Below are positions 36,748 to 48,500 of a stretch of DNA of 64,000 nucleotides, piece by piece (positions within the stretch are counted from its first letter, which is position 1; every line of letters begins with the position of its first letter). Origin of the DNA: a virus (lineage: Duplodnaviria > Caudoviricetes); the IMG/VR virus record IMGVR_UViG_3300042271_000115, positions 4,173 through 68,172 of that record; one strand, written 5' to 3'. A program made the position numbers and the translations under genes. The notes under the pieces are model-generated. The model was not told where the DNA came from. It did no database searches and was given only the letters and a program-made list of their open reading frames with translations.

Positions 36748-39700
36748 ATGTCTATCGCTGACGGAAAGTTTCACGATTTAGAATTATCATATTATGGTGG
36801 CGAGAGAAGAATTGATGATGAGCGCAATAAACCAATAGCCTATACTCTTTTCAGGGACACTGTTAATAAGGGTTTTATAAACGATGTTGTTAGTGATGAA
36901 GAGATGGATAAGGCTCATGAGTCTTCTGGCAGCATGGCGTCTGTTCATTTTATTGGAACTAACTACTTCTCCGAATTTCTTAGTAACGAAGACAAGAGAA
37001 TACTTGCAACAGGTTTAGATTCCAAAACTGCTAATCGTTTTCTTGAGGCTAAGACTGGTGCCGAATATCAGAAAGTCATAGAAAATAATGATGTTCTGCA
37101 GAGGCGTATGCTTAAGGTAAGTACAGCTATTGGCACATCAATATCATCGGCTAACCAAGTATTAGGTATTATAGACTCTCTTGCTTCTACATCATTAAAT
37201 GATACAGATGAGGGAAGAGAAAAGATACTTAAGGCTGGATATGCAATTGGGGCAGGCATTATGTTTGGTGAAGATGAGATGGATAAAGTTGCCAATGAGA
37301 TTGGCATAAATCTTGACAGTACCGAAACAGTAGAAGACCAGATGATATCAGGACTTGCTACTGCAGCTATATCTAAAGATGGATATGGTGGCAATATCTC
37401 AAGGCATACAATTAGAGATAAAGGTATTATGGGAGCTATTTCTGAAGACATAGGCATGAACTATAGAGCCATCTTTGGTGTGCGCAATGCTGACCCGTAT
37501 CTTAACTCAAGAAACATATCAATAGAAGATAATAATGTTGTGATTAATGCTACTGAAATAGAAACAAGAGTAACTGAAGAATTGTCTGAATCATATGACA
37601 GCAAAGCTGGTGTAATAGCTATGGCTGGCATGGACATGATTACCTCAACAGCAATAGCAAAACAAAAGTTTGTTGGTAGTTCGGATAGCTTTACTTCTAA
37701 GATGAGAATGAGTCTTGTTAATGAGTCTATGTCAGGGGGCGACTATGGTGCAGCAGGGACATACGGCATGCTTTTTGGTATAGCTGGCGCTATTGCTGAA
37801 AGCCTCATTCTTGGTATGATTATTGGTGCAGTGGCTGGTGCAATATCTGGTGGTGGAATCGGAGCACTGCCTGGAGCTGTAGTTGGCGGTGCAGGTGGTG
37901 CAGCCAAAGGTGTGGCTACTGGTATCAAATCATACAAGGCTGCAAGAGCATTGGCAAAGACTGGTTCAATAGCAAAGAAGGTTTTAACAAGCAAGGCTTT
38001 TGTCCAGTCAGCTAATATGGCGGCAAAAACATGGGCGCAAACTAATAATGAGACAGGCTATGGCTTAGCTAAATCTCGTACACTTGGCGATGCTAAGCTT
38101 ATGAGAAACATGGCGTTTGACGCAGCCACTATGTATGTAAGCATGGGCTTGTCAGACAGACTTACAACTGTTGGTTCTGGAAGGCTTATGCGCACAATAG
38201 CGAAAAACAAGCATGCTGGGAACCTTAGTGGTTTTTATGGTGGATTAGCTCTGCACAATGTTGTGTCAACTGCTGGAGATATATCTATTGATATGGGCAC
38301 AGACATAATTGCTCACACAGTAATAGAGCACGCATATGGGCTAATGGGTAAGGGCTATGATCCCTTGCTTCCATCACAAGAATCTATGACATCTTTGTCT
38401 GGTGATACAAGAATTACTGGAGGTGGTTTTCTTACACAGCTTGGATCTCGTTTTGCTGCTCGTGTAGCTGGTCGACAGATATCTAGAGTAGCTGGATGGG
38501 GTAAGGCTAAAGGCCCCGGAAATGAGTTTGTTGTAGGCTCAAGGCTATGGTCTGACAACATAGAAGATACTATGTTTGCAGGGGCAAAGAAAGCCCCAGG
38601 CATGAGAATGCTAAACTCTCTTAGCTCTGGAATATTCCAAGATAATCTTACAAACATCTCTAGTTTTGCCAGAGAAGTATATCCTGATAGAGGCAATGCA
38701 GCACTATGGGAAATGCTTGAAACTTCCCCTGATCCATATAAAACATACCTTGCCCTATGGAAGCTCCAAGAGATACAGACCAACAGGGCGTATTCTCATA
38801 TCAGAGCATTAACTTCTCCATTTAGAAGTATAGAAACTCGTGGTGATAGAGGCATCATCTCAGCCGCTGATAGCGTTATAAAGCTCTATACCAAAGACCC
38901 AGGTCTAGATAGAGTAGGACAGTTCTTAAGTCTTGCAGAGAATTCTTCTGTTATCTCTATTGAAGATAAGAGTACATTTGATTTATTAAGCAAAAAGATT
39001 ATCGACTATGTTATAAACGGAGAGTCTAACTCTCCAACGGATATGTCAAATAGACTAAGAGAAGGCATAGCCTTTATCTCTAAAAGAATACTTATAGATG
39101 AAGACGAAGTATTCAAGGGATCAGGCAAAGTTGGGACAAGTTTTATTTCTAGTCTTGACCAGGAAATAGCGAAAAAAATAAAATCAAGTACTGATAATGA
39201 AACCATTAATAGTCTTTCTACATTCATGAAAGACTACAGCGCAGGCGGCATGAAAGTAGATTCTGCCACTATTGATTTATCTAATGTAAGCAGAGCAGTG
39301 CTTAGCGATGAAACACTTGCAAGAAAAACCAACTTTGTATTAAATGAAGATAACAAGAAGGTTCTTGAAGATTACTTAGTGCTTGCCGCAGAGCAAGCAC
39401 AACAAAGAGGGCTCACTCAAAAGAATCTTATATCTTCAGAAATAGAAAGAGCAGAAAGACTATATGCTTCTACTAATAATGAAAATGAAAAGAGAAGACT
39501 TGAGAGTTCTCTTAGAGAGCTTCGTGCCTTTAGAGAAGTTCTCGGCTATGACCCTGATGGCAAAAAGGCAGTTAAAGGTCTTGAGACAATTTTAGATTTC
39601 TTTACAAGAACCGTTGCTACTGCCAGAGGCGATAAAGATAGAATACCTATAAGGTCATTAGATGAATTAATGGGTCAAGAACCAATTAGTGGGATATCCC

Positions 39701-42700
39701 ATGCTGTTGACTTTATAGGAACGGCTCAAGCTTTCTCTCGCATATACACAGAGTCCATGAGAAGCTATCTTGGATATTCTGATGGGCGTATAGCAACTGC
39801 AAGAGTAAAAGGATTCTCTGAAAATCAAATAGTAAACTTTGTACAGAAAAGACTTATCCCTCTTATCAGTGTTTATGACGCGTTCTATAGCAGTATGGAT
39901 GACAGCTCAAGGGCAAATGCAAGATCAATAATGAAAACAGTGTATGGTGCTCTTAACTCACGCACTGACGAATCCTCTAAATCTTTTTCCAGGATTATCG
40001 ATAATCATATTACATATCTTAACTCAACAGAAACTGCTATTGCTTCCAGTAAAGACTTAATAAGTACAATGAAAACACTTGATGGCATAAGCAGTCGCTC
40101 AAGCATAAGAGAGCTTATGGGAGAAAACGCCAATACTCTTAACATGCTTGGTGTTTTAATCTCTTCTCCTCGGCCAACAGATTCAGGTGTAGAGATAATA
40201 GATGAAGATCGTGGGCTCATTAACGAGTTGTTCTATCCAAGTTATCAGAATATGTTTGATGAAATCCTAAGAAATGATTTAACCATAGATGATAAAATAG
40301 AGATGAATAGAACCCTGTTAGCTGCAGCAGCGGCAAGGCAGGTTAGCCTTGCCTATCTTGATAATCCATCAAGAACTCCAGAACAAGCTGTCGACATCGC
40401 TAATGATGAGCTAAGCAAATCTGGACTTAGTGTTAGAGTTCAAAAACTTGTTGTAGGAGATAATGAGAACCCTCAGATAATTGTTGATACAAAAGATTCT
40501 CCTCTTAATAATAATCAAATACTCAGTGAGCTTACTGGTATATTAGAAGTATTTGGTAAAAGTTCTGCTGCTCAATACTCATCAAGAAGTAGTATGGCGG
40601 CATACGATGCGCTGTATGACAGAACAACTTTTAATTTCATAGATGGTAAGACTATCTCTATACAAGAACTTAAAGATAGACTTAACAAAGATGTGCCAAA
40701 CGCTATACAGGCTATCAGGGGGATAACAATAGGTTATCTTTCTGGTGATGGTGACCCCAGTAAAATTGGGGCTGGGCTTACCTCTGAGATTATGAACTTC
40801 CTTAACGGAACCAAGTTTATTACAACGATGACAAAGCTTAGTCCTGATGAGCAAGCCGCCTTTGCATGGAAGGTAGCTAAGATTGCTGCTGGGCCAAGCA
40901 ATGTCAGCTTTGAATATTCTCTTAAAGGTGGAGATTATGTTTTGAAACTTGGTAATTCCACTATCCCAGTCCTTGCAAATAACAAGAACTTCGCCATAAT
41001 AGATGGCAGTAGCACTACTCAAGAAGAAGACGCTATTCTCACAGAAAAGGGATTTGTTGCAGTTAATTCAGGTGCTGGAGCCCAGCGCGTATATGTTCAA
41101 TTATCCCCTGCATTTAAAGAGCACAACATATCAGAGGTTGTAAATTCTCTTGTTGATACATACAGAGACATGGCTAACAGCTATGATGATCTTGACGGTA
41201 GTGTCGGTACTTTTGCATATCATGCATGGAAAGGTATGACGGAAATATCTTCTGACATTAATAAGACATTGCCTTCTAATCCATCTGACGCATACTCTAA
41301 AATCATAGATGTTATAACAAGCGCATGGAATAAAGCTTCTGTTAGCCCAAGCGGCATTAGTCTTCTTGACGATCTCAGCGATGCGGCAAGAGCAGAATCC
41401 ATTATAACGTTGTCTGATGGCACAAGGATAGATATAAGAAAAGCTATAAACAATTACCTTACTAAGGGAGCCCCAGGGTTAACTCAAGCAGTTGGAGAGA
41501 GTATAGCGTCTATAAGAAAGCTTGTAGATTTTTCTGGTGAATTATCTTCAGAAGATACTCTTGATGATTTGTCTGTCAGGATTAAAGAACTTATAAACAA
41601 TCTTCCTAAAGATTCCATCATGTTTGATGAAGAAAAAAGAGGAATCATTGATACTATATCAAGATTAGATTCTCAAGAACTTGCTACACAAATGTCAAGT
41701 GTGGAAGACTTCAAGGCAGAAGTCATGAAGATATTTGAAGATATTGAGATAGCCTATCGTAGAGATATGGATGAAGCCTCCAGATTAACTGCGGTAAGAG
41801 AATATGCTCTTGGCAACATGAGTAATCCTGAGCGTATAAATTTTCTTGATTCTGTATATAGAAATTCTTTTGGATCTACTCCTAGCAAGGAAATTATAGC
41901 TGAGGCTGTTCGAAAGTCTGATGAAGCTGACATGTATTCTAATCTTAGGAAAGCAGCATTTAAGGAAATTAATGATGATGCTATCCAAGCTCTTAAGAGT
42001 AAAGACCCAGATAAGGCTCTTGCTAATATTATAACTATAACAATGACAAGAGGTACTGTTCTTGACTTCTCTGCTGCCGAAATGTCTAAGCGAGCTTCTG
42101 CTGTTTTCATAGGCAAGAGCATTAACAGAGAAGAGGCAGCATCATTAATAAGTGAGCTGAATAACACTATATTGGAAAAAACCATGAGAGGCGACTATGG
42201 GACACAAGCAAGAAATGTAGCACAGACAAGACAAGTAAGCGGGATAAAAAGACCACTATCATTAAGAATAGTAATCTCTCGTCTTCCTGATGGTGATAAT
42301 CAAATGCCTCCAGAACTTATACGAGCCTTTGGAAATTACTATGGTATAGAGGCAGACGGTAGCTTTAAACCTATTCTAGACGTATATGGAAGCATAGGGA
42401 AAACTGTCTATTCTTCTAATAGTAGTCTAATAGACCCACAAACAAATACTCTTACTGTAAGAATAGGTTATGATAATCTTAAAAGGCTATCTGCTGCAGG
42501 CGTAGCCTGGGCAAGTGATGCTATTAGTGCTGGAGAAGAAGGCATTCATCTTAGAGGCACAGAGGAGATAGCTAAGTTTATCTCAAGCCATTCTCTTCAT
42601 GCTGGCACCTATGCTAATACAAAGCAAGTTGGCAATACAAGTCAAACAGATTCATCTTTGTTAATAAGATATGCTAGTGCTTCACGACAAAAGACTGGTA

Positions 42701-45576
42701 GTACATCTATGAAGTCTAGTGCTGCAGGCGCTGTGTCCGTTAAGGATGCATACTATCAATCTTATCGTGAACTTCAAAAGACAAGTTGGGGAACTGGATA
42801 TGTTTATACTGCAGGTGCAATAAACGATATTGACGATAACACTGGCAAATTTACTATTCTCGATAACGAGACCTTGTCTCGCTTTAGCCCTACCTTTGAA
42901 AACGTCATGGCTGGTAGTGGGCTACTTCCTTCTCCCAGACTTGAGATAGGGATTAAGTTACTTGCTGATCTCGCTTCTGATTCTATGAAGAGGCAGAAGA
43001 TGCCAACAAAAGTAAGGGATGTAATAGATAGAATATATGATCAGCACAATAAGTTGGTAGACCTAAATCCTAAGGAGATGGTAAATGCTTCAGAGGTTCT
43101 TCTCAGGTTCTTGTCTGATCCTGAAATGCACCCTTCTGGACAACATGTGTTCAGGACAACTATAGATGGCAGGGAAGCATATTTTATTGGTGTTACACGC
43201 AGTCCTACTCCAAGGGAGGTACAGCCATTCATGCCCATTACTGCTGTTCTCAATACAAGAGAGAATGGATTGAGGCTTAATGAAGCTGGCTGGAAACTAT
43301 TCGGTGGAGACTTTGATGGTGACCTTGCTCTTGGTCTTGCACCAATTAAGCCATCGTCACTGGCAAGAGCAGTAGCCGCAACAGAATATGGCTCTACTTA
43401 TTTATCTTATATAGATATAGTATCAAAAAATCTTGGTGATCACTTGATGAGTCTGACTCGCAGTTCTATTCAGAAGAATAAACTATATGATCACTTTGTA
43501 TCGTCTCTTAATCCCAGTGACAGAATTGTTCCAGAGAGTGGTGTAGACTCTAATGAGGACTTAAGCAAGGGTACTCAGGCTCTATCTGGAGCGATACAGA
43601 CACTTACTCCGCTTAAGTCTATTCTTCATTCTTTATACACTGGATCAGGGAGCATAAGGCTTAACAACGATTTTAGCAAAGCTATTACAGACATAGCCAA
43701 GAATCTGTCTACGTCTTATGCTACTCAAAATGTTCAGGGAACAAAGTTTGAAGATGCTTTTGATGTTTCTCCATTAAAGAATATAGGTGAAGATACTCGC
43801 CTTGTATTCATAGACCCTTCACCAAGTCCAGATATTACAAAAGATTCTATGGTAGAAATTGGAGCTATAGGTTCTGTTAGGTATATAACTGCCGTTGATG
43901 CTGGTAATACTGGAACTGATGGAGCGAGAAGAAGTGTTGTTGTGACAGAGTTAACACCTGACAATTCTAAACCAACTAACAAGAAATACAATGTCCTTGT
44001 TCTTGAAAGTATGAAAGATAAGATTGGTGTACTTAAGGTTGCTGGTGTCCCTCTTCTAAGGGAAGGGGAATCTTTTAATAAGAACAGGATATTGAACATA
44101 GCTTCAAGTCTAGCCACACAACTTAGAAACAAACAAACAGCAAATATTGTTGAGCTTGATAAACCCTTATATGCTACTGTCCCTCAGACTATACTTGAGT
44201 CAGTCAATGCTGCTCTTGTTGACACAAAGCTTCATGGGCAACGGATTATAATGAGTAAGTATAAGGGTGATCCCAACAAATTTGTAGAAGACATTCTTAA
44301 ATTTACCTCAGAAGCATATGCTGCTTCTCTACTTGATATTGATATGTCAATCACTCAGGCTAACAATAGAGGAATAATCGATTATAAGCTCTCAGACATC
44401 GATAGAAGCAATATCGATTCTGGGCTTAGGAACAATACCTCTTTCAAGCAAGAGTCCGCCAGAACGGTTGTAAGCGAGTTCTCTGAGGTAATTAAGGATA
44501 ACCTTATTGCAATAAACAATCTTGTAAGAATGAGTGAGCCAGATAACACTATCCCTCTCAGCCAACAAGATACTTGGAAAAAAATGTTTAGCTCAAACTC
44601 TAATGATTTACCAGAATCTGTATATAAGATAATAAGCATAGAAGAGAACGGTGGTATTGGCTGGAGAGATGAGTTTGGTTTTTCTAAGATTAATAAAAAC
44701 ACAGAATTGTTTAAGGAAATAGATGGTGGGCTTATGTCCATTAGGAATCCTCTATCGAATGGCAAGAAAATAAATTTCTATAATGATCTATCTAAGATAG
44801 TTAAGTCCTTTGATGTGTTTACCAGCAGGCTGTATACTACAGATGAAAGAGAATTAAATAGAGTAACGAAGGCTCTTGAGAAAGAACCCCTATACATTGA
44901 TTCTTCCAAGTATGTTAACAGCAATCTTCCTAATCTTGTTTACAGTACATTAAAGTCTGAAGGTAAACCAGTAAGCATTGGTACTGTTGAAAGAATATTA
45001 AAAGATATTGGTGTTAGCAAGAGAGACCCTGAGACATGGTACGCTCCTAAAGTAAATTCTCCAGAATATATTCTTGGTAATGGCATACAGAAAAACAAGG
45101 GCAATGGTAGTCGTCTCATGGTATCTGTTCTTACGAATCCCGATGGATCAGAGATGTCTATGTTTGATCTTAATAGATCCATTGATAAGCTTATCACAAG
45201 CAGGCAGTTGTTACGAGAACGCAATGAAAGATATCTCAATGACTTAAGAATGGTTCTTAATGGAATGATACATGTTCTCAGTAGAGACTCTCAGATTAGA
45301 GCAGTAGCTGCTGCTGAAGGCATGGGTGCTCAAGTCGTGTCCCACATAAGAAGCATGTATAAAAATGGAAACATAACATCTACATCAAGTGTTGGTGGAT
45401 ATAGAGTGGCACTTGAGGGTCTTGTTGATAAAGTATCTGCTGACGAAATAGAAGACCGTTACGTGATTAATAAAAATCTTGACATACTGAGGAAATTCAG
45501 TACGCTTGAGCTTGTGAATGGAACAACTAAAATGAATATAAGTAATTATCTTATTGAAGGTGATGGTGACTGTTAA
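36748..45576 (+). CDS. Giant virion protein (2942 aa) containing a two-barrel (DPBB) DNA-dependent RNA polymerase, crAss-type vRNAP-like
   Basis: GVTRSPTP...LRLNEAGWKLFGGDFDGDLA (R2151, D2188) parallels beta-prime NRAPTLH...FNADFDGD; located among the ejection genes. Confidence 0.8.
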   Translation: MSIADGKFHDLELSYYGGERRIDDERNKPIAYTLFRDTVNKGFINDVVSDEEMDKAHESSGSMASVHFIGTNYFSEFLSNEDKRILATGLDSKTANRFLEAKTGAEYQKVIENNDVLQRRMLKVSTAIGTSISSANQVLGIIDSLASTSLNDTDEGREKILKAGYAIGAGIMFGEDEMDKVANEIGINLDSTETVEDQMISGLATAAISKDGYGGNISRHTIRDKGIMGAISEDIGMNYRAIFGVRNADPYLNSRNISIEDNNVVINATEIETRVTEELSESYDSKAGVIAMAGMDMITSTAIAKQKFVGSSDSFTSKMRMSLVNESMSGGDYGAAGTYGMLFGIAGAIAESLILGMIIGAVAGAISGGGIGALPGAVVGGAGGAAKGVATGIKSYKAARALAKTGSIAKKVLTSKAFVQSANMAAKTWAQTNNETGYGLAKSRTLGDAKLMRNMAFDAATMYVSMGLSDRLTTVGSGRLMRTIAKNKHAGNLSGFYGGLALHNVVSTAGDISIDMGTDIIAHTVIEHAYGLMGKGYDPLLPSQESMTSLSGDTRITGGGFLTQLGSRFAARVAGRQISRVAGWGKAKGPGNEFVVGSRLWSDNIEDTMFAGAKKAPGMRMLNSLSSGIFQDNLTNISSFAREVYPDRGNAALWEMLETSPDPYKTYLALWKLQEIQTNRAYSHIRALTSPFRSIETRGDRGIISAADSVIKLYTKDPGLDRVGQFLSLAENSSVISIEDKSTFDLLSKKIIDYVINGESNSPTDMSNRLREGIAFISKRILIDEDEVFKGSGKVGTSFISSLDQEIAKKIKSSTDNETINSLSTFMKDYSAGGMKVDSATIDLSNVSRAVLSDETLARKTNFVLNEDNKKVLEDYLVLAAEQAQQRGLTQKNLISSEIERAERLYASTNNENEKRRLESSLRELRAFREVLGYDPDGKKAVKGLETILDFFTRTVATARGDKDRIPIRSLDELMGQEPISGISHAVDFIGTAQAFSRIYTESMRSYLGYSDGRIATARVKGFSENQIVNFVQKRLIPLISVYDAFYSSMDDSSRANARSIMKTVYGALNSRTDESSKSFSRIIDNHITYLNSTETAIASSKDLISTMKTLDGISSRSSIRELMGENANTLNMLGVLISSPRPTDSGVEIIDEDRGLINELFYPSYQNMFDEILRNDLTIDDKIEMNRTLLAAAAARQVSLAYLDNPSRTPEQAVDIANDELSKSGLSVRVQKLVVGDNENPQIIVDTKDSPLNNNQILSELTGILEVFGKSSAAQYSSRSSMAAYDALYDRTTFNFIDGKTISIQELKDRLNKDVPNAIQAIRGITIGYLSGDGDPSKIGAGLTSEIMNFLNGTKFITTMTKLSPDEQAAFAWKVAKIAAGPSNVSFEYSLKGGDYVLKLGNSTIPVLANNKNFAIIDGSSTTQEEDAILTEKGFVAVNSGAGAQRVYVQLSPAFKEHNISEVVNSLVDTYRDMANSYDDLDGSVGTFAYHAWKGMTEISSDINKTLPSNPSDAYSKIIDVITSAWNKASVSPSGISLLDDLSDAARAESIITLSDGTRIDIRKAINNYLTKGAPGLTQAVGESIASIRKLVDFSGELSSEDTLDDLSVRIKELINNLPKDSIMFDEEKRGIIDTISRLDSQELATQMSSVEDFKAEVMKIFEDIEIAYRRDMDEASRLTAVREYALGNMSNPERINFLDSVYRNSFGSTPSKEIIAEAVRKSDEADMYSNLRKAAFKEINDDAIQALKSKDPDKALANIITITMTRGTVLDFSAAEMSKRASAVFIGKSINREEAASLISELNNTILEKTMRGDYGTQARNVAQTRQVSGIKRPLSLRIVISRLPDGDNQMPPELIRAFGNYYGIEADGSFKPILDVYGSIGKTVYSSNSSLIDPQTNTLTVRIGYDNLKRLSAAGVAWASDAISAGEEGIHLRGTEEIAKFISSHSLHAGTYANTKQVGNTSQTDSSLLIRYASASRQKTGSTSMKSSAAGAVSVKDAYYQSYRELQKTSWGTGYVYTAGAINDIDDNTGKFTILDNETLSRFSPTFENVMAGSGLLPSPRLEIGIKLLADLASDSMKRQKMPTKVRDVIDRIYDQHNKLVDLNPKEMVNASEVLLRFLSDPEMHPSGQHVFRTTIDGREAYFIGVTRSPTPREVQPFMPITAVLNTRENGLRLNEAGWKLFGGDFDGDLALGLAPIKPSSLARAVAATEYGSTYLSYIDIVSKNLGDHLMSLTRSSIQKNKLYDHFVSSLNPSDRIVPESGVDSNEDLSKGTQALSGAIQTLTPLKSILHSLYTGSGSIRLNNDFSKAITDIAKNLSTSYATQNVQGTKFEDAFDVSPLKNIGEDTRLVFIDPSPSPDITKDSMVEIGAIGSVRYITAVDAGNTGTDGARRSVVVTELTPDNSKPTNKKYNVLVLESMKDKIGVLKVAGVPLLREGESFNKNRILNIASSLATQLRNKQTANIVELDKPLYATVPQTILESVNAALVDTKLHGQRIIMSKYKGDPNKFVEDILKFTSEAYAASLLDIDMSITQANNRGIIDYKLSDIDRSNIDSGLRNNTSFKQESARTVVSEFSEVIKDNLIAINNLVRMSEPDNTIPLSQQDTWKKMFSSNSNDLPESVYKIISIEENGGIGWRDEFGFSKINKNTELFKEIDGGLMSIRNPLSNGKKINFYNDLSKIVKSFDVFTSRLYTTDERELNRVTKALEKEPLYIDSSKYVNSNLPNLVYSTLKSEGKPVSIGTVERILKDIGVSKRDPETWYAPKVNSPEYILGNGIQKNKGNGSRLMVSVLTNPDGSEMSMFDLNRSIDKLITSRQLLRERNERYLNDLRMVLNGMIHVLSRDSQIRAVAAAEGMGAQVVSHIRSMYKNGNITSTSSVGGYRVALEGLVDKVSADEIEDRYVINKNLDILRKFSTLELVNGTTKMNISNYLIEGDGDC

Positions 45577-48500
45577 TGGGATGTAAATTAAAAAGCTTGC
45601 CTTTTGGCAAGGCTGCTCTTAAGAACAAGCACATAGAGTCTTTAAGCGGTGATGATAATACAATTAAAAAGCTTGCTCATGACTTTGCTTCTATTTTATC
45701 TGAAGTAGGAGACTATAGAGTCAAAGACTATGCCGATGGATATACAAATGGCATAAACGATCTTGACCAAGTAACACGCTATATAACTATGTATAATGAA
45801 GAAGATGGTAGCGGTTACGCAAGCTTTGAAGAGTTTATGAAGAAATCAACTGTAGAAACTCGTGGAGAATATATAAGACAGATAGAAAGAACTATAGCCC
45901 AAGTAGTAGAAGAATCTCCCAATCCCCATGTCTTTGGTGAGATGGATAAGATACTTGATTCTGGCATAGCTCTTAATGCCTTACATAATGTTCTCAGCAG
46001 AGTAAAGACAACTAAAGAAGCAGGCAATGCCATTCCTTTGGTACGAGCCATAAACAAAACTATCAATCTGTGGGAGAATCCTATTGTTGCTTTTCAGCAT
46101 TGGGTTCCAGGCAAGGAAGCTTTAGAAAGACTTGCCAAGATTAAAGAGTATAGTTCAAACCAATTAATTATACTTAATGACAGCATAACAAGTATGCTTG
46201 ATAAGGCTGAGACTCTTAATGCTTTTAGAAAGAATAGAATAAATAGAGCTCAGATAAACAGGATGCTTCCTGCTTTAGATGGTGTAGACTTTAATAATCC
46301 TGATGACATAAGATATCTTTCAAGCACATTAGTAAGCAAGTATTCTATTCATGAAGATATGTTGGAAGACGTATTGCTTGGCTTAGGCGAGATTAAGAAG
46401 ACATGGGATATAATCAACTATGGTACTTCTGATCTAAGCAGCAGGCCGATAAAGGACATTGTTGACAGCGCTGGTACTGGAACTATCATAGGTTTTTATA
46501 AAGAACTTCACAAGAGGGTTTCCCAATACTATTCGTTTACTAAAATGAATATAGGTAATACGAAAGCACTTGAAGAAGTTAAGTCTATTCTTGATCAGAC
46601 AGACATCACTAAGATGACAAGAAAGAACTATATGCCTACCTATGATAAAGATGTATTTGGCAGCATAGAAGAATTAGAAGAGAGTGCTTCGAGATTCTTT
46701 GTCCCAGGAATGTACAGACCCAAAAATCAATTTGGTGATTTAGATGAATCTCTAGACTTCGAGAAGCTTATAGCTTCTAATCTTACTACCAATAATTTCT
46801 TGTTTAATAAAATGCAGATGGCAATAGCGAGAGAGCATCTTGATTTTGAATATAAGAAAGGCCTTGTTGATGGCTTACTTGACGATGAGTACAGGGGCAA
46901 TGCTCTAAGAGCTGCTCGTCTTGTTGTGAAGAAGCTTGATATGTATCTGAACTACAATCCTTCTCAACAAAGTTCTGGAGCATTATTGTTAAAGCGCATG
47001 GATGCTATTGGTGGTTCAGTAATTGCTGGCATACTTGGTGGGCCAAGGAATGCATTCAACAATATTATAGCTGGCAGACTATATACAGTAGTTGCTGGCA
47101 TAAACGCTGGAAGTCCTTCAGACTACAAAAAGTTACAGAAAAAGCCTCCCAATGAGGAGGCTAGAGTATTGCTCAGCATAGTTGATGATACAACAAGTGA
47201 TTATATGAGTCCTGGAATCGTAAGTCAATTTAATGATATGCCTAAGAATGCTCTTGACATGTCCCACTCCTTTCTCCGCAAAGTTGGCGACCGGCTTGGT
47301 GATGGTGGCCTTATGAGTGCTTGGAGTTACTGGAGAGATAATCTTACTGTTAAGGGAACAGAACAAAGTTACTTAAGACCATATGTTAAAAACATGGTGT
47401 ACGCTGAGCTTAGTTCCAGGATGAAGCTTACTGGTCTAAAGCCAGGAACAGATGCTTATGTCAAAGCAGCCAAGAGCATTGTCCCCACTATAGCAAGAGA
47501 TGCATGGACTGATCTATCTGCTTCGCTGGGACACTTTGATCCTATTAACAAACCCATATGGGCTCACCTTATGCTTGAGACAGCAGACAATATCCCTAAA
47601 GTTGCTGCAGGCATGTTCTTAAAATACTTCTATACATTCAGGCAAGTAATGGTTACTAACGTTGATCTTGTTCTTAATAGAGCAAGACAAGCATTCGGCG
47701 GCACATTTGATGAACGGTGGGACTATTCAAATAATCCCAACAAGCCTCATCAATTCCACACTGGTGGAATCATACACAACCCTATGTTTGCGCTTGGTGG
47801 AGTTGCCGCACTAGGTCTATTTTCTCTAGTTAGAGAATTTCTTAAGAGAGATGAACCAGAAGGAACAGTTGAACAACTGACAGATTTTATGGCTCGTCTT
47901 CATTTGCCAGTAGCAGATTCAGCTAACCCTATACAGGGCGTAGATGATCTGGCACTATACCTTGCTTTTGTAGCTGGTGTAGCCAATGTAGACGATGAAA
48001 CGTATAAGAGATATAAAGCAAGTGCCATTAACTTTGGGCTTGGTATGGCTGGTGGAAGATTTGTAGCTTCAGCTATAGATCAAGACAAGAGCTATATAGA
48101 AGGATTAATCAACATAGTGTCTGGCGAAGCTGACTGGCTTAATATCTTTTCTGATGATATCATAGAAACTGGAGCTTATGGTGAGAATCTTAAGGCTATC
48201 TCTAAAGACATAAGAAGTGATACAGCTATGTTCAGGCAGCCTTGGACTATGGATTTAGTTCTTACTCTTCTAGAGGGAGCAACGCTTGGTGGGTTCCTTA
48301 AGGAAGTAAGTGACAGGAAACAAGCTCATATACATTTCCAAGACTTGTTCTGGAAACAGGTTTCCAGATGGACAGGCTGGGCTTTCTGGATGGATAGCTG
48401 GGACTTGGAAAGTTCTCATAGTAGAAAGAACTATGTATACAATGGCGTGACAAACAAAAGGTTAAACGGAATTAAGAATAAAGAGTTTTACTCTGCCTCT

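Noticed and set aside
37068-45239. Many minus-strand ORFs antisense to the giant gene (and similar shadow ORFs elsewhere)
   Set aside because: These are Ser/Ile/Leu-rich antisense shadows of long coding frames, with no RBS or recognisable motifs.
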